Below, in pieces: positions 13,110 through 23,049 of a DNA stretch of 64,000 nt. Under the pieces are notes generated by a model that had not been told where the DNA came from, searched no databases, and was given only the letters and a program-made list of their open reading frames with translations. Where the stretch lies: NCBI GenBank assembly GCA_965603825.1, contig CBFDEM010000053.1:620001-684000 (forward strand). Reading direction: 5' to 3'. A program made the translations under genes and the position numbers. Numbering within the stretch: the stretch's first letter is position 1; every line of letters starts with the position of its first letter. This DNA comes from Blepharisma stoltei ATCC 30299. Lineage: Eukaryota > Protista > Ciliophora.

Positions 13110-13260
13110 AATTTTCTAATAATAAATAAGACTTCTGTCAATATTTATCATTAAAATAAATCCGATTTTTATTCAGTGTAACTCAATAAATGGCAATTTC
13201 TTTATCAATAAAAATTATAATTGAATCATTTGCTATAAATAATTATGCAAAGCTTATTTA

Positions 13261-14406
13261 TTAGAAAGTGCGAGAGTGAAGAATTCTTTTGCCTTCCTCT
13301 TCATATTGTTGTTTTTTGATCCACATGTTTTTAAATGCTGCTAATGAAGAAAGAATTGAACCTCCAAGCCAGCAAGTTAATTTTCGCTCAGGTGGGACTG
13401 TAATCTTAATTTTCATTTCTTTTGGACTTAGTCTTCGAAGATCACTCATTAGCCTTTCACCAAACCCAGGCATCATTGTTGTTCCGCCTGCTAAATAAAT
13501 CGACGAATATAGTGTTTTTCTGAGATCTATGTCAGCTTTTTGTATTGAATTTATTAAGCATTCTTGAACTCCCGCATACTCTAACCCTACTTTATCAGGC
13601 GAAAAAAGAATTTCAGCCGCCCGATATTTTTCTGCTCCTAAATTGATAGGTCTTCCATCAGGTAATAAATAAGTACTTGGATTTTTATTAGAATCATCCA
13701 AAAATTTGTCTTCACTGCTATAAATTGTAGCAACATAACAATTTTTTTCTTTTATTTGCTTTACTAGTTCAAATTCTGAAGAAGTATTAAAAATGTACCC
13801 AGATCTTCTTAAAAGCAGCTGCAAGTGTTCAGTGACATCGCGCCCTGCTAAATCAATACGAGTTGTTGCATGAGATAGCGAAAATCCATCATAAACAGGC
13901 ACTACATGAGTAACCCCATCTCCACAATCCAAAACGACTCCAGTGGTCGCTGCACTTGCATATAAGCTTAAAACAGCTTGAGCAGCTATAAAAATACCAG
14001 GGACACTAAAAGTTTCAAAGAAAATTTCAGCTGCCCTTTCTCTATTTTGATAAGGATTTAAAGGAGCTTCTGTCAACAAAACTGGGTGATCTTGGGGCAT
14101 TGTGCCTAATTGATTATAGATATAGCGCCAAATATTTTCCATATCTGTCCAATTTTCAACAATTCCATGCTCTAATGGGTATTTCAGCTTTAAAAGGCCT
14201 CGGGATTGCTCTGCTTCGGAGCCTACGAAATATTCAGGCTCATGCATGGAACCTGGCAACACTTTTTTATATTTTGGGCGACCTACATATGAAGGAAACA
14301 CTAATGAAGGACGTTCTTCTCCTGCGAGACCAGCTTTTATTAAGCCAGAACCATTGTCTATAACTAAAGCTTGCTTAAAAATCACGTCATAAAAGGGTTC
14401 CACCAT
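13261..14406 (-). CDS. ACTR1: Actin-related protein 1 (centractin, dynactin)
   Basis: VIDNGSGLIKAG, PSYVGRPK, LLTEAPLNP..NRERAAEIFFETF, GVVLDCGDGVTH; centractin-type termini. Confidence 0.88.
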   Translation of the reverse strand: MVEPFYDVIFKQALVIDNGSGLIKAGLAGEERPSLVFPSYVGRPKYKKVLPGSMHEPEYFVGSEAEQSRGLLKLKYPLEHGIVENWTDMENIWRYIYNQLGTMPQDHPVLLTEAPLNPYQNRERAAEIFFETFSVPGIFIAAQAVLSLYASAATTGVVLDCGDGVTHVVPVYDGFSLSHATTRIDLAGRDVTEHLQLLLRRSGYIFNTSSEFELVKQIKEKNCYVATIYSSEDKFLDDSNKNPSTYLLPDGRPINLGAEKYRAAEILFSPDKVGLEYAGVQECLINSIQKADIDLRKTLYSSIYLAGGTTMMPGFGERLMSDLRRLSPKEMKIKITVPPERKLTCWLGGSILSSLAAFKNMWIKKQQYEEEGKRILHSRTF

Positions 14407-14515
14407 TTATATAAAATCTTAATATTTTATTAGAATTTTGCAGTTATTATGTGTTTTTCATTTGGATTTATTTTGAAATAAATAAATTTTTTTAAAAGGC
14501 TAGTTAACGATAATT

Positions 14516-14878
14516 TTAGTGGTCTTGAGGCAGCATATTTGGGATACCTTTCTCAATTGGATAAGTTCTATTGCAATTTGGGCATAACAGCTCACCAGTT
14601 TGTATTTCTACGTTAAACAAGATATCGAAAATTCTCTGAATTAGCTCTGAGTTCTGATGGTCAGCTTCAGTAATATTATCTGGCAGCTCATGGCCTAATC
14701 TAAGTGCAGCATTTACAAAAGCCAGCCAATCTAGCTTTCCAAGCATTCTAATCGTTAAATCGTGGTTGAATTGGGTTGTGCCTGGTGTGATTTCACCAGG
14801 ATTAAGAGTTAAAGCTTGGTTTCTCCCTGAACACTCCTCAGAATTACACATAAGCAGGTTCAATGTCACTAGCCTCAT
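14516..14878 (-). CDS. TRM112: Trm112 methyltransferase activator
   Basis: MRLVTLNLLMC...GELLCPNCNRTYPIEKGIPNML. Confidence 0.92.
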   Translation of the reverse strand: MRLVTLNLLMCNSEECSGRNQALTLNPGEITPGTTQFNHDLTIRMLGKLDWLAFVNAALRLGHELPDNITEADHQNSELIQRIFDILFNVEIQTGELLCPNCNRTYPIEKGIPNMLPQDH

Positions 14879-14936
14879 TTTTATTATGGCTTACTGAGAA
14901 TTTATTAAAAGCTAATAATCCAATCCTGAATCTTAT

Positions 14937-15620
14937 TTATTCTTCACGTTCGGTTTGAGAAAGCTTGCCTACTGTGCAAAGAATTTGGTGGCGACCAACC
15001 CAGTCATAATAATACCTCATCAATGCTACTTTTCCAAGATCTTTCTGGAATTGGAAAACATTAGTCATATCAGCGTCTTCCATGACTTGGTCGTTATTTG
15101 ACAAATACCATCCAAGGTCATGATCCCATCTTGTTGGGCAGTCCACGTATTTATACATTTGCCTATATTGCCACAAATCAGTATCATTCAAAGGTCTTGC
15201 GTGGCTGATGTTTTCAATAAGGTTGTCCATCTCAGCCACAAATGATAGGTGCAATGCTCCATTCCAATAGACGTAGCTTTTGAGTGATTTGAGCTCCTCA
15301 GTTTCTTCAACAGCTTGATTTGCGAGAACTGAGGAATCATAGTCTTCCTTATTGATGGCTTCTACTTTTTCTCTTAGCTTAGATACAATTCCAGGGGTAA
15401 CCAGGTGACTCCACTCATCCCAATTGATTTCGAAGTTATTTTTGCTTTGAAGCTCGTCTTTTGGAACACTTGATCCGTAATAATCGCACACAGCTCCTAA
15501 AGCTGAGACTGAAGATGCATCATCTGAAGTTTTCACTTTGTCGTTGAGCATTTTCATCCAGGCTTTGTAACGTAGTGGAGCTCCAGAGTTAGTTCTTCTC
15601 AGTGCTGCTCTTAATGCCAT
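14937..15620 (-). CDS. Probable mitochondrial ATP synthase subunit d (divergent)
   Basis: Arg/Ala-rich presequence-like N-terminus. EINWDEW..LVTPGIVSKLREK resembles the subunit-d IDW motif. Confidence 0.55.
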   Translation of the reverse strand: MALRAALRRTNSGAPLRYKAWMKMLNDKVKTSDDASSVSALGAVCDYYGSSVPKDELQSKNNFEINWDEWSHLVTPGIVSKLREKVEAINKEDYDSSVLANQAVEETEELKSLKSYVYWNGALHLSFVAEMDNLIENISHARPLNDTDLWQYRQMYKYVDCPTRWDHDLGWYLSNNDQVMEDADMTNVFQFQKDLGKVALMRYYYDWVGRHQILCTVGKLSQTEREE

Positions 15621-15697
15621 TTATTTATGTAAAGATTAGAGAATGAACTAGAATTTTAAAAAGTTTTATAGATATAAATTATAAATTTCTGTATAAA

Positions 15698-16456
15698 TTA
15701 CATTTGGGGAAGGAGAGTTTTTACGAGTAATCGAATCCTATCTCTTTTTGTGTTGGTTTCTATAGAAAGAGATGCACTTTTTCTTTTAAGAGCTTTTTCG
15801 TTTATTTGAAAAGATTCATTTTGGCTCTGAAAAGGCATATATTTATTTTCTTTTATTTTTCTAAAATTGATAGTTTCAGATTTATCAAAACTATCTTGCA
15901 TATACGAAAGCAAGCTTGTGTCTGCTCGTCGATTTTTTTCTAAATTTCTTTCTTTATCTCTTTTCTGAGTCGTTTCATTCATAAAAGAGCTTGAAATCAA
16001 TCTTGTTGGTCTATCATCAGGAACAAATGCAGTTCTTTCATGAAGATCTTCAGGAAATAGTTTTAAATCGATATCCTTGAATTTCTCACTTTCAACTTTA
16101 TGACAATGCTCTGTAAATCTTGTCAAGGCCTCTGTGGTTATTTTTTCAAATTTAACGGGCTGAGACGGGTTGTGGAATTTATGGTGTGTTTTTCTATTAG
16201 GATGGTCTCCCAGCTCTGAGAATGTCTCATTTAGATAGCTTTGGACGGCTTCTAGATTTGTTTGTGGACGATGGATTAAAGGTAGATTTGGGGAGACACT
16301 TTTTAAATAAATTTTATTTTCTTGTTTTCTTTCTCTTGGAGACACACATTTTAATTCTTCAGTTTTGCCTTTAATAATGCCGAGAGGATTTTGTTCATAT
16401 TCAAATTGAAGCTTAGATTTTGGCTGCTTTATTGCAATTAATGCTTTCCCTTTCAT
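15698..16456 (-). CDS. Hypothetical basic protein
   Basis: 252-aa ATG-TAA ORF with AT-rich flanks; no motif recognised. Confidence 0.7.
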   Translation of the reverse strand: MKGKALIAIKQPKSKLQFEYEQNPLGIIKGKTEELKCVSPRERKQENKIYLKSVSPNLPLIHRPQTNLEAVQSYLNETFSELGDHPNRKTHHKFHNPSQPVKFEKITTEALTRFTEHCHKVESEKFKDIDLKLFPEDLHERTAFVPDDRPTRLISSSFMNETTQKRDKERNLEKNRRADTSLLSYMQDSFDKSETINFRKIKENKYMPFQSQNESFQINEKALKRKSASLSIETNTKRDRIRLLVKTLLPQM

Positions 16457-17130
16457 TTATATAATTTAGTATAATGCTTCTATTTATATTTTGGCATGTG
16501 GAAACTTAATCCTTTAAGAACTTCACATGTCAAAATGGACTTAGCACACTAGTACTGCTACAATGATTATATTTCTTTATTTATAATTAAGATAAAAAGC
16601 ATCTCAAATGATAGATTTATAAAGAAATGGGAAATGTGCAAAAAATATAAACAGCGTGTTATATGGAGACAAATCTACTTATAAAAGCAACTTAATAAGA
16701 TTATCACATAGAAAAACTCGAAGGAAGAGTTTTCCTTACTCATTTAAGGTCAAATAAAGCTCAAGTAAAAATAAAACTCAGCTTTCATTAAAACACAAAG
16801 TTTTTATATCAAATTGAATGCTATGAAATTTTGTTTTCATCAAAAACCAAAAATATCGTCCAAGAAGTCTAAGTCAAAAATCTAAAAATAATACTCATGA
16901 TATGAGCTTATCAATAGAATATTCACTGGACTAGATGGAATCCAAATCCCATCAAATTTCCAAGATAAAATTCAATTTATTGATTATAAGAATTTAAATA
17001 AGTTATTATTGAAATACATATATTTTGATTAGTAAAATTACTTAATAATTTATAGGCGAAAATTTTGGAATTGTTGTTGATATTTTGGTTGAAATTTTAT
17101 AATTGCCATTTATGATATAATAATTATTTT

Positions 17131-17179
17131 GTGATGATACTTGCGGGTGAAAATGAACAATGATTATTGCAAGATCTGA
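17131..17179 (+). ncRNA. Putative compact box C/D snoRNA, unit 1
   Basis: C box GTGATGA 17131-37; D' GTGA 17147-50 or ATGA 17153-56; C' ATGATTA 17160-66; D box CTGA 17176-79. Confidence 0.6.
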
Positions 17180-17193
17180 CTATATATTTTATT

Positions 17194-17244
17194 ATGATGA
17201 AAAGTACACGTCAGGCTTATTAGTGCTGATAGTTTCAATGCTGA
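17194..17244 (+). ncRNA. Putative compact box C/D snoRNA, unit 2
   Basis: C box ATGATGA 17194-200; C' GTGCTGA 17223-29; D box CTGA 17241-44. Same 22-nt C-to-C' spacing and similar TATATATTT 3' flank as unit 1. Confidence 0.6.
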
Positions 17245-17484
17245 ATATATATTTATTAATCCAATTAATTCGCTACTTTATAAAATAGATATCTGAGAGA
17301 ATACAAAAATCGCCTCTGCTCGCTTATGACCTTGAATAAGTTGCTAAGAATTTTTTTTATAATTAAAGAAGACGCTGCAAGATTAGGGATTTTTCACTAG
17401 CTCTAAGGAGAGAAGTAGGTAAAGTTGCTTTGCTTAAATTTTATTATAGTTTGATATTAAGACATTAATGGCATAAATTAGATA

Positions 17485-17826
17485 ATGAAATATTTGGCAG
17501 CTTACGCTCTAGCTTGGCTTGGTGGAACTTCACACCCAACAGTTGAGAAACTCCAAGAAATCATTGAAGCTGCAGGATCTGATTTCGATAAGGCTAAAGC
17601 TTCCAAGTTGGTCGAAGATCTTAAAGACAAATCATTAGAAGAAGTTGTGGCTCAAGGCACAGCAAAACTTGGGTCTGTTTCTTTATCAGCAGGTGGAGCC
17701 GCTGCAACCACAACAACTACAGATGCTGGAAAGGCTAAAGAAGAGCCTAAGAAGGAAGAAGAAAAGGAAGAAAAAGAGGAAGACATTGAAGGAGCTATGG
17801 ACTTATTTGGAGGTGACGAGTGGTAA
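17485..17826 (+). CDS. RPLP2: 60S acidic ribosomal protein P2
   Basis: MKYLAAYALAWLGG, Ala-rich hinge and acidic C-terminus. Confidence 0.95.
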   Translation: MKYLAAYALAWLGGTSHPTVEKLQEIIEAAGSDFDKAKASKLVEDLKDKSLEEVVAQGTAKLGSVSLSAGGAAATTTTTDAGKAKEEPKKEEEKEEKEEDIEGAMDLFGGDEW

Positions 17827-18018
17827 TAGTTTTAAGCAATTCTTTCCAATATTAGACTTTACTGTGTTATTTAGGAGCTAATCTTAATTTCTGCGAATTT
17901 CATGGAGTGAACAGTTTTTTCTAGGCGAATTTTTAGGTTATTAATTCTAACTGAGGTGAAAAATTCAATAATTTGAGTACACTATCAAAAATACTAATTA
18001 ATTAATGCAAAATTAAAA

Positions 18019-18474
18019 CTAACAAAATGGGCAGTTAGATTCCAAAAATACTCCACAGCTCAGGCACTTTTCCAAATGAACTTTTGTGTGTGTCTTATCC
18101 AGATAATCCTGCGCGACATCAATTTCTCTGTTTAAATCATAAATTGCTTTCTCCATGCATTTTTGCTGGGTATCAAGCTGGTTGGCGTTCTGCAGAATTT
18201 CTCTATTAAGGATTTTCATAGAAGTAATATACTCAGTCAGATACTCAATTTCATACTCTAAGCAGCTATTGATATTTCTTTGGACTTCTTCATTAGCATT
18301 TTCAAGCAAAGATACTTCATAGTTTAAATCGTCCAATACCCGCTTTGCTTGCTCTTCTTCTCTTTCTAAAATATCAATTTCTTTTTCGGTTGTCAAGCAG
18401 TTTAGCTCGACTTCAGATTTGCATTTAAGGATTGCTTCAAGATCTTTAGCATCCCGCCTTTCAATGTCATTCAT
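18019..18474 (-). CDS. Coiled-coil protein with C-terminal CxxC-x7-CxxC zinc ribbon
   Basis: 151-aa ORF ending KCLSCGVFLESNCPFC. Confidence 0.7.
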   Translation of the reverse strand: MNDIERRDAKDLEAILKCKSEVELNCLTTEKEIDILEREEEQAKRVLDDLNYEVSLLENANEEVQRNINSCLEYEIEYLTEYITSMKILNREILQNANQLDTQQKCMEKAIYDLNREIDVAQDYLDKTHTKVHLEKCLSCGVFLESNCPFC

Positions 18475-18692
18475 TTTTAATATTACAAATCATGATATTT
18501 AAGAAAATAGTATAAGTATAAACGAAATATTATTATAAATAAAATCAATTTACTAATATATAAAAGCTTGCTAATTTATTTGCAATATTGAAATCAGATT
18601 TTCAATATAATTTCTAAACAAAACTTTCTTATTTTAATAAAGATAATGTTTAAAAACCATTTATATCGCTTCTCGTTCGTGGTAATAATTTA

Positions 18693-19334
18693 ATGGGGAA
18701 GAAACAATCAAAGGATCAGTCCATGGAGGCTCCTCCTGAACCAGACAATCGCGTTGTCCTTACAAGAGGATTCGGTCCCAAATACCAAGAAGCAGCTGCT
18801 AAGTGGCATGAACTGCGAACAAAACCATTAGAGCAACAAATGCCTCGCCCAATCCATAGTTCTGGCTACTGGAGAGATCTCCCACAAATGCAGAGTTGGT
18901 TTGCATGGGGTATGATATGGTTTCAAGTGTTCCGCAAGCTTCCATTCACAAATCCAATGGTTAGAGTGATGTTCTTTGTAATAGGTTTAGACTGTTGGAG
19001 AGCAAGACAAGACTACTGGACCATTCTGAGCCAGGACGACTTAAATGAGATCAGACAATTCGATTTGATGTATCATTACTTGTTTAAGAGAAGACCTGCA
19101 AGAATGCCAAACTACACTGACGAATGGGAAGATTGGTATGAAATGAATAAGCCAGCTTATAGAGTTCCAGTCCCACACGAATACTCATTAGACAGCTGGA
19201 TGAGATTCTTCGCCTTGAACCGCAAGAAGTACGGTCTCAGAGACACTCAATGGCATGGTGAATGGGAGCAAGAAATGTGCTTGAATATGGATTTGCACGC
19301 TCCTCATGCCGATCACTGGTTAGAAGTTCATTAA
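18693..19334 (+). CDS. Trp-rich membrane protein, possibly a lineage-specific mitochondrial respiratory-complex subunit
   Basis: 213-aa ORF with two hydrophobic segments and an MGxxxS start. All 13 Trp are TGG. Function is a guess. Confidence 0.5.
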   Translation: MGKKQSKDQSMEAPPEPDNRVVLTRGFGPKYQEAAAKWHELRTKPLEQQMPRPIHSSGYWRDLPQMQSWFAWGMIWFQVFRKLPFTNPMVRVMFFVIGLDCWRARQDYWTILSQDDLNEIRQFDLMYHYLFKRRPARMPNYTDEWEDWYEMNKPAYRVPVPHEYSLDSWMRFFALNRKKYGLRDTQWHGEWEQEMCLNMDLHAPHADHWLEVH

Positions 19335-19372
19335 GTAATCCAGTTAACCAATCTAAGTGTTTAATTAGTAAA

Positions 19373-19816
19373 ATGAATGATGAAAATTCAAATTCTGCCC
19401 TAGATCAGCTGATAAAGCTGCGGCAACAAGCTGAAAAAGTTTTGAAAATCAAAGAAAGTAAACTCCCTGAGCTGCAGATTGAGGAAAAAGATAGAGATAT
19501 TGCAAACTTAAAAGCTGCGTTAAAAGCTGCACAAAAAAAGCTGCAGACACAAGAAGAACAGCACGTAAGGATGATAAATGCATTGAGGAATGAAATTGAA
19601 AGCAAAGATAACGATTTAGAAAAATTGAATAAAGGTTTTGCAGTTTTAGATGCAGAAAAGCAGAGGATGCAGAGAGACTTGTATCAGGCACAAAAGTCGA
19701 TATCTGATTTAATTGCAGAAAAACAAGAGACTATAAGAAGCCATTTGCAGGAATTGGCTGATTTAAAACTGAAGCATGAACAGGAGTTATATATTTTTAG
19801 GAAAATGAAAAGGTAA
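19373..19816 (+). CDS. Coiled-coil protein
   Basis: True start is probably ATG 19373 (MNDENS), after the upstream gene's stop; heptad-rich. Confidence 0.75.
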   Translation: MNDENSNSALDQLIKLRQQAEKVLKIKESKLPELQIEEKDRDIANLKAALKAAQKKLQTQEEQHVRMINALRNEIESKDNDLEKLNKGFAVLDAEKQRMQRDLYQAQKSISDLIAEKQETIRSHLQELADLKLKHEQELYIFRKMKR

Positions 19817-19837
19817 TTTAAATATAAGATAAATAAT

Positions 19838-22800
19838 CTATTTAAGGGTATATTCTATCAAATATGCAGGAGCAGCTTTTGATAAGTCTTCAAGGCAATA
19901 AATATTTCCGTTTATTCTACGCAAGCTCCCAGAAGAAATGAGGGCAATAACAATTTGTCGGGTCCCTTTTGTAGGGATTTTATATTTTTGGGAATATAGA
20001 TCATCTGCACATCTCAGGCTGGAAGAAAATATCATTGAGTCTTGGTCATTCATATATGTAATAAATCCTTGAGGATTTTTGTAAAGTTTTTCTAATTTGG
20101 TGGGTGTGCCTGGGTGAAACATTAACGTTGTCTTTGTGTATTCTAATCCTCTGCAAGACAAATTAAAATCAATTTCTTCTTTCAGCTGCTTTTGTAAAGA
20201 AAAGGTAAAAATTTTTGTCGCATTTTTTACCTCACAATTTTCTTTTAAAAACAGCTGACAAATTAAATAATATTCTCCTCCTTTTTGGGATAGCTCATGG
20301 ATTATTGGAATTGAGGCTTCTGATGTAAGAATAGGCCTTGGAGGAGTTTGTGCATATAATAGCAGCTTATTGAAGTCTGCATTTGGGTCTAATTTCATGC
20401 TAGGGAATTTTAGTCCTCTATCCGCTGCAAATGTGGTGCCAAGATTCTGCTCGTTTTCAGTCAAAAAGCTTTCTCTACTTTCTCTCCCTGAAGATATTGA
20501 CGGAAGATCATCAAGCTGCTTCAGCTCACTATCAATACTAGACACACTTTTATCTGGCTCAAAAAAGCTTTGTTTTTTATATTTTTCTAGCAATGTAGAC
20601 ACATATTCATGAGGAGGCGAAGTCGCTTGGTCAATATACCTTGGCAAATTTGTGTTGATTTTTATTTTTCTATTAACATTTTCACTTCCTTTAAATGTCT
20701 CTAAATCAGTCTGCAATTTAACTGATTTTTTCTTTGAAGAATGATGGCGGTGGTGATGGTGCTTACAACAGTGGGATTTTCTTCTTTTATTTTCATAATT
20801 CGGGATATCTTCTAATATTTTTCTTTCGCTTGATTCAGTCCTTCCTTTCCTTTGCTTTGTATCTTCATGTGAAATTCTTAGATCTTCATTCATTTTCAAA
20901 GGGTGTTTAGGTGGCAGATTTTTTTCTCTATATCGATGTGAGTCAGATTTCATGTTTTCCATCATAGTATTATAAATCCTATCAAGATCTTTTGACATTG
21001 CTGAAGAGTCAGTTTCATAAGTTGGCTGAAACAGATTTCCAGGCCTAATGAGTTCTCTTGTTTCTTCTTCTAGTTTCAATAGTTTTTCTTGAATTTCAAT
21101 ATCCTCTTCATCTTTTTGTGGCTTGTAGTCCTGGTTTATAACCATAACAGTATCTGATTTATTTTGCGTAATATCTGAAATATCAGTTTCTAATTGCTGA
21201 GAAAAAGTATGTGACAAATTTTTCTTAGGTGTAATATTTTCAAATAATTTTCTGTCTAAAGGTGACTGCTCATACTGGAAGTTTCCTTCAGAAATCATAC
21301 TTTTATCAGTTAAATTTGGGAATGGGCTCATATTGGTACCGCTGAAACTTCTTAAATGGTCAGGCTGAAGAGGTAAAAACGCTGAAGACCCTACTCTTGA
21401 AGCATTTTCTGCTGGAAATGGAGAGTTAAGATTAGACGTCAACATATGTTTTTGGTTCTCCGGAGAGCTCGTAAATTTTAAGTTTGACCCTTTAAATCCT
21501 TCATTATGAATAGATTCACTATAAGGTGACATATTGCTAGCCAAAGAGTTTCTGGGTGTTCTTTTCTCAAACATCGCAAAGTCAGCTGACCCCTGGGCTG
21601 AGTGTGTTAGGGAACTTCTCATTGACGGAAAATGAGGATTTCTCGCTCTAGCATCCCAGGACCCTCCAGGTGATGGAGAAAGTGTCAAATTGTCTTGAGA
21701 AGCTATCGACGATTTAATAGAGTGCTGTCCTTTAATAAAAGACGTAGGAGTTACTTCAAACGAAATTTCTTGCTCATCAATTGCTCGTTTTTTTTCTTCT
21801 GTAGTTACTGCAACTCCATTAATTTCTTGTAACGTGTTTAAAAATGAACAAATAAACATTAGCCGATGCTGAGGCTTAAAAGGACAACCTTTTAAATCTA
21901 TAATAACCAGTTTTGAGCACTGCTTTAGATGGGTCAAAGCAAGAACTGGGTCATCAAGTTCATTGTAGCTTGCATTTAATAGCTGAAGCTCAGTAGAAGA
22001 GGAAATAAAGCTTAAGTTTGGGACTTTATTGTGAGAAATGTCGAGCGTAATGAGGGAAGAAAGCTTTGGAATTTCTGTTAAACAGTTGTGAGAGATGTAG
22101 AGCTCAGTAAGAGTTTCAGGTAAAAATTGAATATCGGTTAAAGAGTTGTGGGAGAGATCGAGGATTTGGAGGTTTTGAAGGGCTGGGAATTTTGAGATGT
22201 GGTTGTATTTGAGAGAAAGGACAGACAAGTTTTTTAATGTGCCCCACTCTTCAGTTAACTCAATAAAGTCATTTCCATCTGCATATATTTCTTTAACCTC
22301 TACCAAATTTGAAACTCCATATATACATCCCAAGCTATTTTCCCTCACCGACAGCACATTCAGCATCGGCATAACTTCGGTAAACTCCAAAACTTTCAGC
22401 TTATTCGCATCCAAGCACAAAGTCCCAAGCTTTTTCATGCCAAACCCAAAGGAAATTTCAGTAAAATCATTTGAAGAATTCCACAATTCTTCTAGATTTC
22501 TCAATTCCTTCAGCATATTCACAAGACTTTCATCCCTTAAATGGTTATGTGACAAATCCAGCTTCGTTAATTCTTCTAAATTTCTAATTTGGCTTATTTG
22601 GTCGTCTCCTACATAATTATTCGCTATGTTCAGCTCAGAAAGTTCTATACAGTTTGAGATCCCATCTAATGAAATCAGTCTGTTATCAGAGAGGTCTAGC
22701 ACTTTTAAATGAGGAACAAGCTCATGAAGAGTCCCTACAAAGGCAATCCGATTGTGGTTTAAAAATAAATATTTCAATGAATTTGGCAGTTTGTTTAGCG

Positions 22801-22930
22801 CTGTTAAATTATTATTTTCTGCACGAAGCTCTTGGAGGTGCAGCTGGGCTTGTAAGTCAGGCAGCATTGAGAGGCCTTGGTTAGAAATATCAAGAATTGT
22901 GCCCTTTTCAAAAGAGTCCGCTTTTTGCAT
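19838..22930 (-). CDS. Leucine-rich-repeat protein with C-terminal degenerate PARP/ART-like domain (LRRC9-like)
   Basis: About 15 LxxLxLxxN repeats with LRR cap in aa 1-385, disordered middle, C-terminal domain ending APAYLIEY. Confidence 0.85.
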   Translation of the reverse strand: MQKADSFEKGTILDISNQGLSMLPDLQAQLHLQELRAENNNLTALNKLPNSLKYLFLNHNRIAFVGTLHELVPHLKVLDLSDNRLISLDGISNCIELSELNIANNYVGDDQISQIRNLEELTKLDLSHNHLRDESLVNMLKELRNLEELWNSSNDFTEISFGFGMKKLGTLCLDANKLKVLEFTEVMPMLNVLSVRENSLGCIYGVSNLVEVKEIYADGNDFIELTEEWGTLKNLSVLSLKYNHISKFPALQNLQILDLSHNSLTDIQFLPETLTELYISHNCLTEIPKLSSLITLDISHNKVPNLSFISSSTELQLLNASYNELDDPVLALTHLKQCSKLVIIDLKGCPFKPQHRLMFICSFLNTLQEINGVAVTTEEKKRAIDEQEISFEVTPTSFIKGQHSIKSSIASQDNLTLSPSPGGSWDARARNPHFPSMRSSLTHSAQGSADFAMFEKRTPRNSLASNMSPYSESIHNEGFKGSNLKFTSSPENQKHMLTSNLNSPFPAENASRVGSSAFLPLQPDHLRSFSGTNMSPFPNLTDKSMISEGNFQYEQSPLDRKLFENITPKKNLSHTFSQQLETDISDITQNKSDTVMVINQDYKPQKDEEDIEIQEKLLKLEEETRELIRPGNLFQPTYETDSSAMSKDLDRIYNTMMENMKSDSHRYREKNLPPKHPLKMNEDLRISHEDTKQRKGRTESSERKILEDIPNYENKRRKSHCCKHHHHRHHSSKKKSVKLQTDLETFKGSENVNRKIKINTNLPRYIDQATSPPHEYVSTLLEKYKKQSFFEPDKSVSSIDSELKQLDDLPSISSGRESRESFLTENEQNLGTTFAADRGLKFPSMKLDPNADFNKLLLYAQTPPRPILTSEASIPIIHELSQKGGEYYLICQLFLKENCEVKNATKIFTFSLQKQLKEEIDFNLSCRGLEYTKTTLMFHPGTPTKLEKLYKNPQGFITYMNDQDSMIFSSSLRCADDLYSQKYKIPTKGTRQIVIALISSGSLRRINGNIYCLEDLSKAAPAYLIEYTLK

Positions 22931-23049
22931 TTAAATTTAATTGAAGTTTGGTAGTAGATGAAAACATATAGAAATTTTGGGGAATTAGGACAATAATTGT
23001 ATGGATTTATTAGTATTCTTTAAAAAGAAGAGGAATTATATTTTTAATT

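Noticed and set aside
17381-17390. Telo-box-like ATTAGGG upstream of RPLP2; telomere or IES remnants in the intergenic gaps
   Set aside because: A single imperfect match; no tandem telomeric repeats or TA-bounded inverted repeats were recognised.
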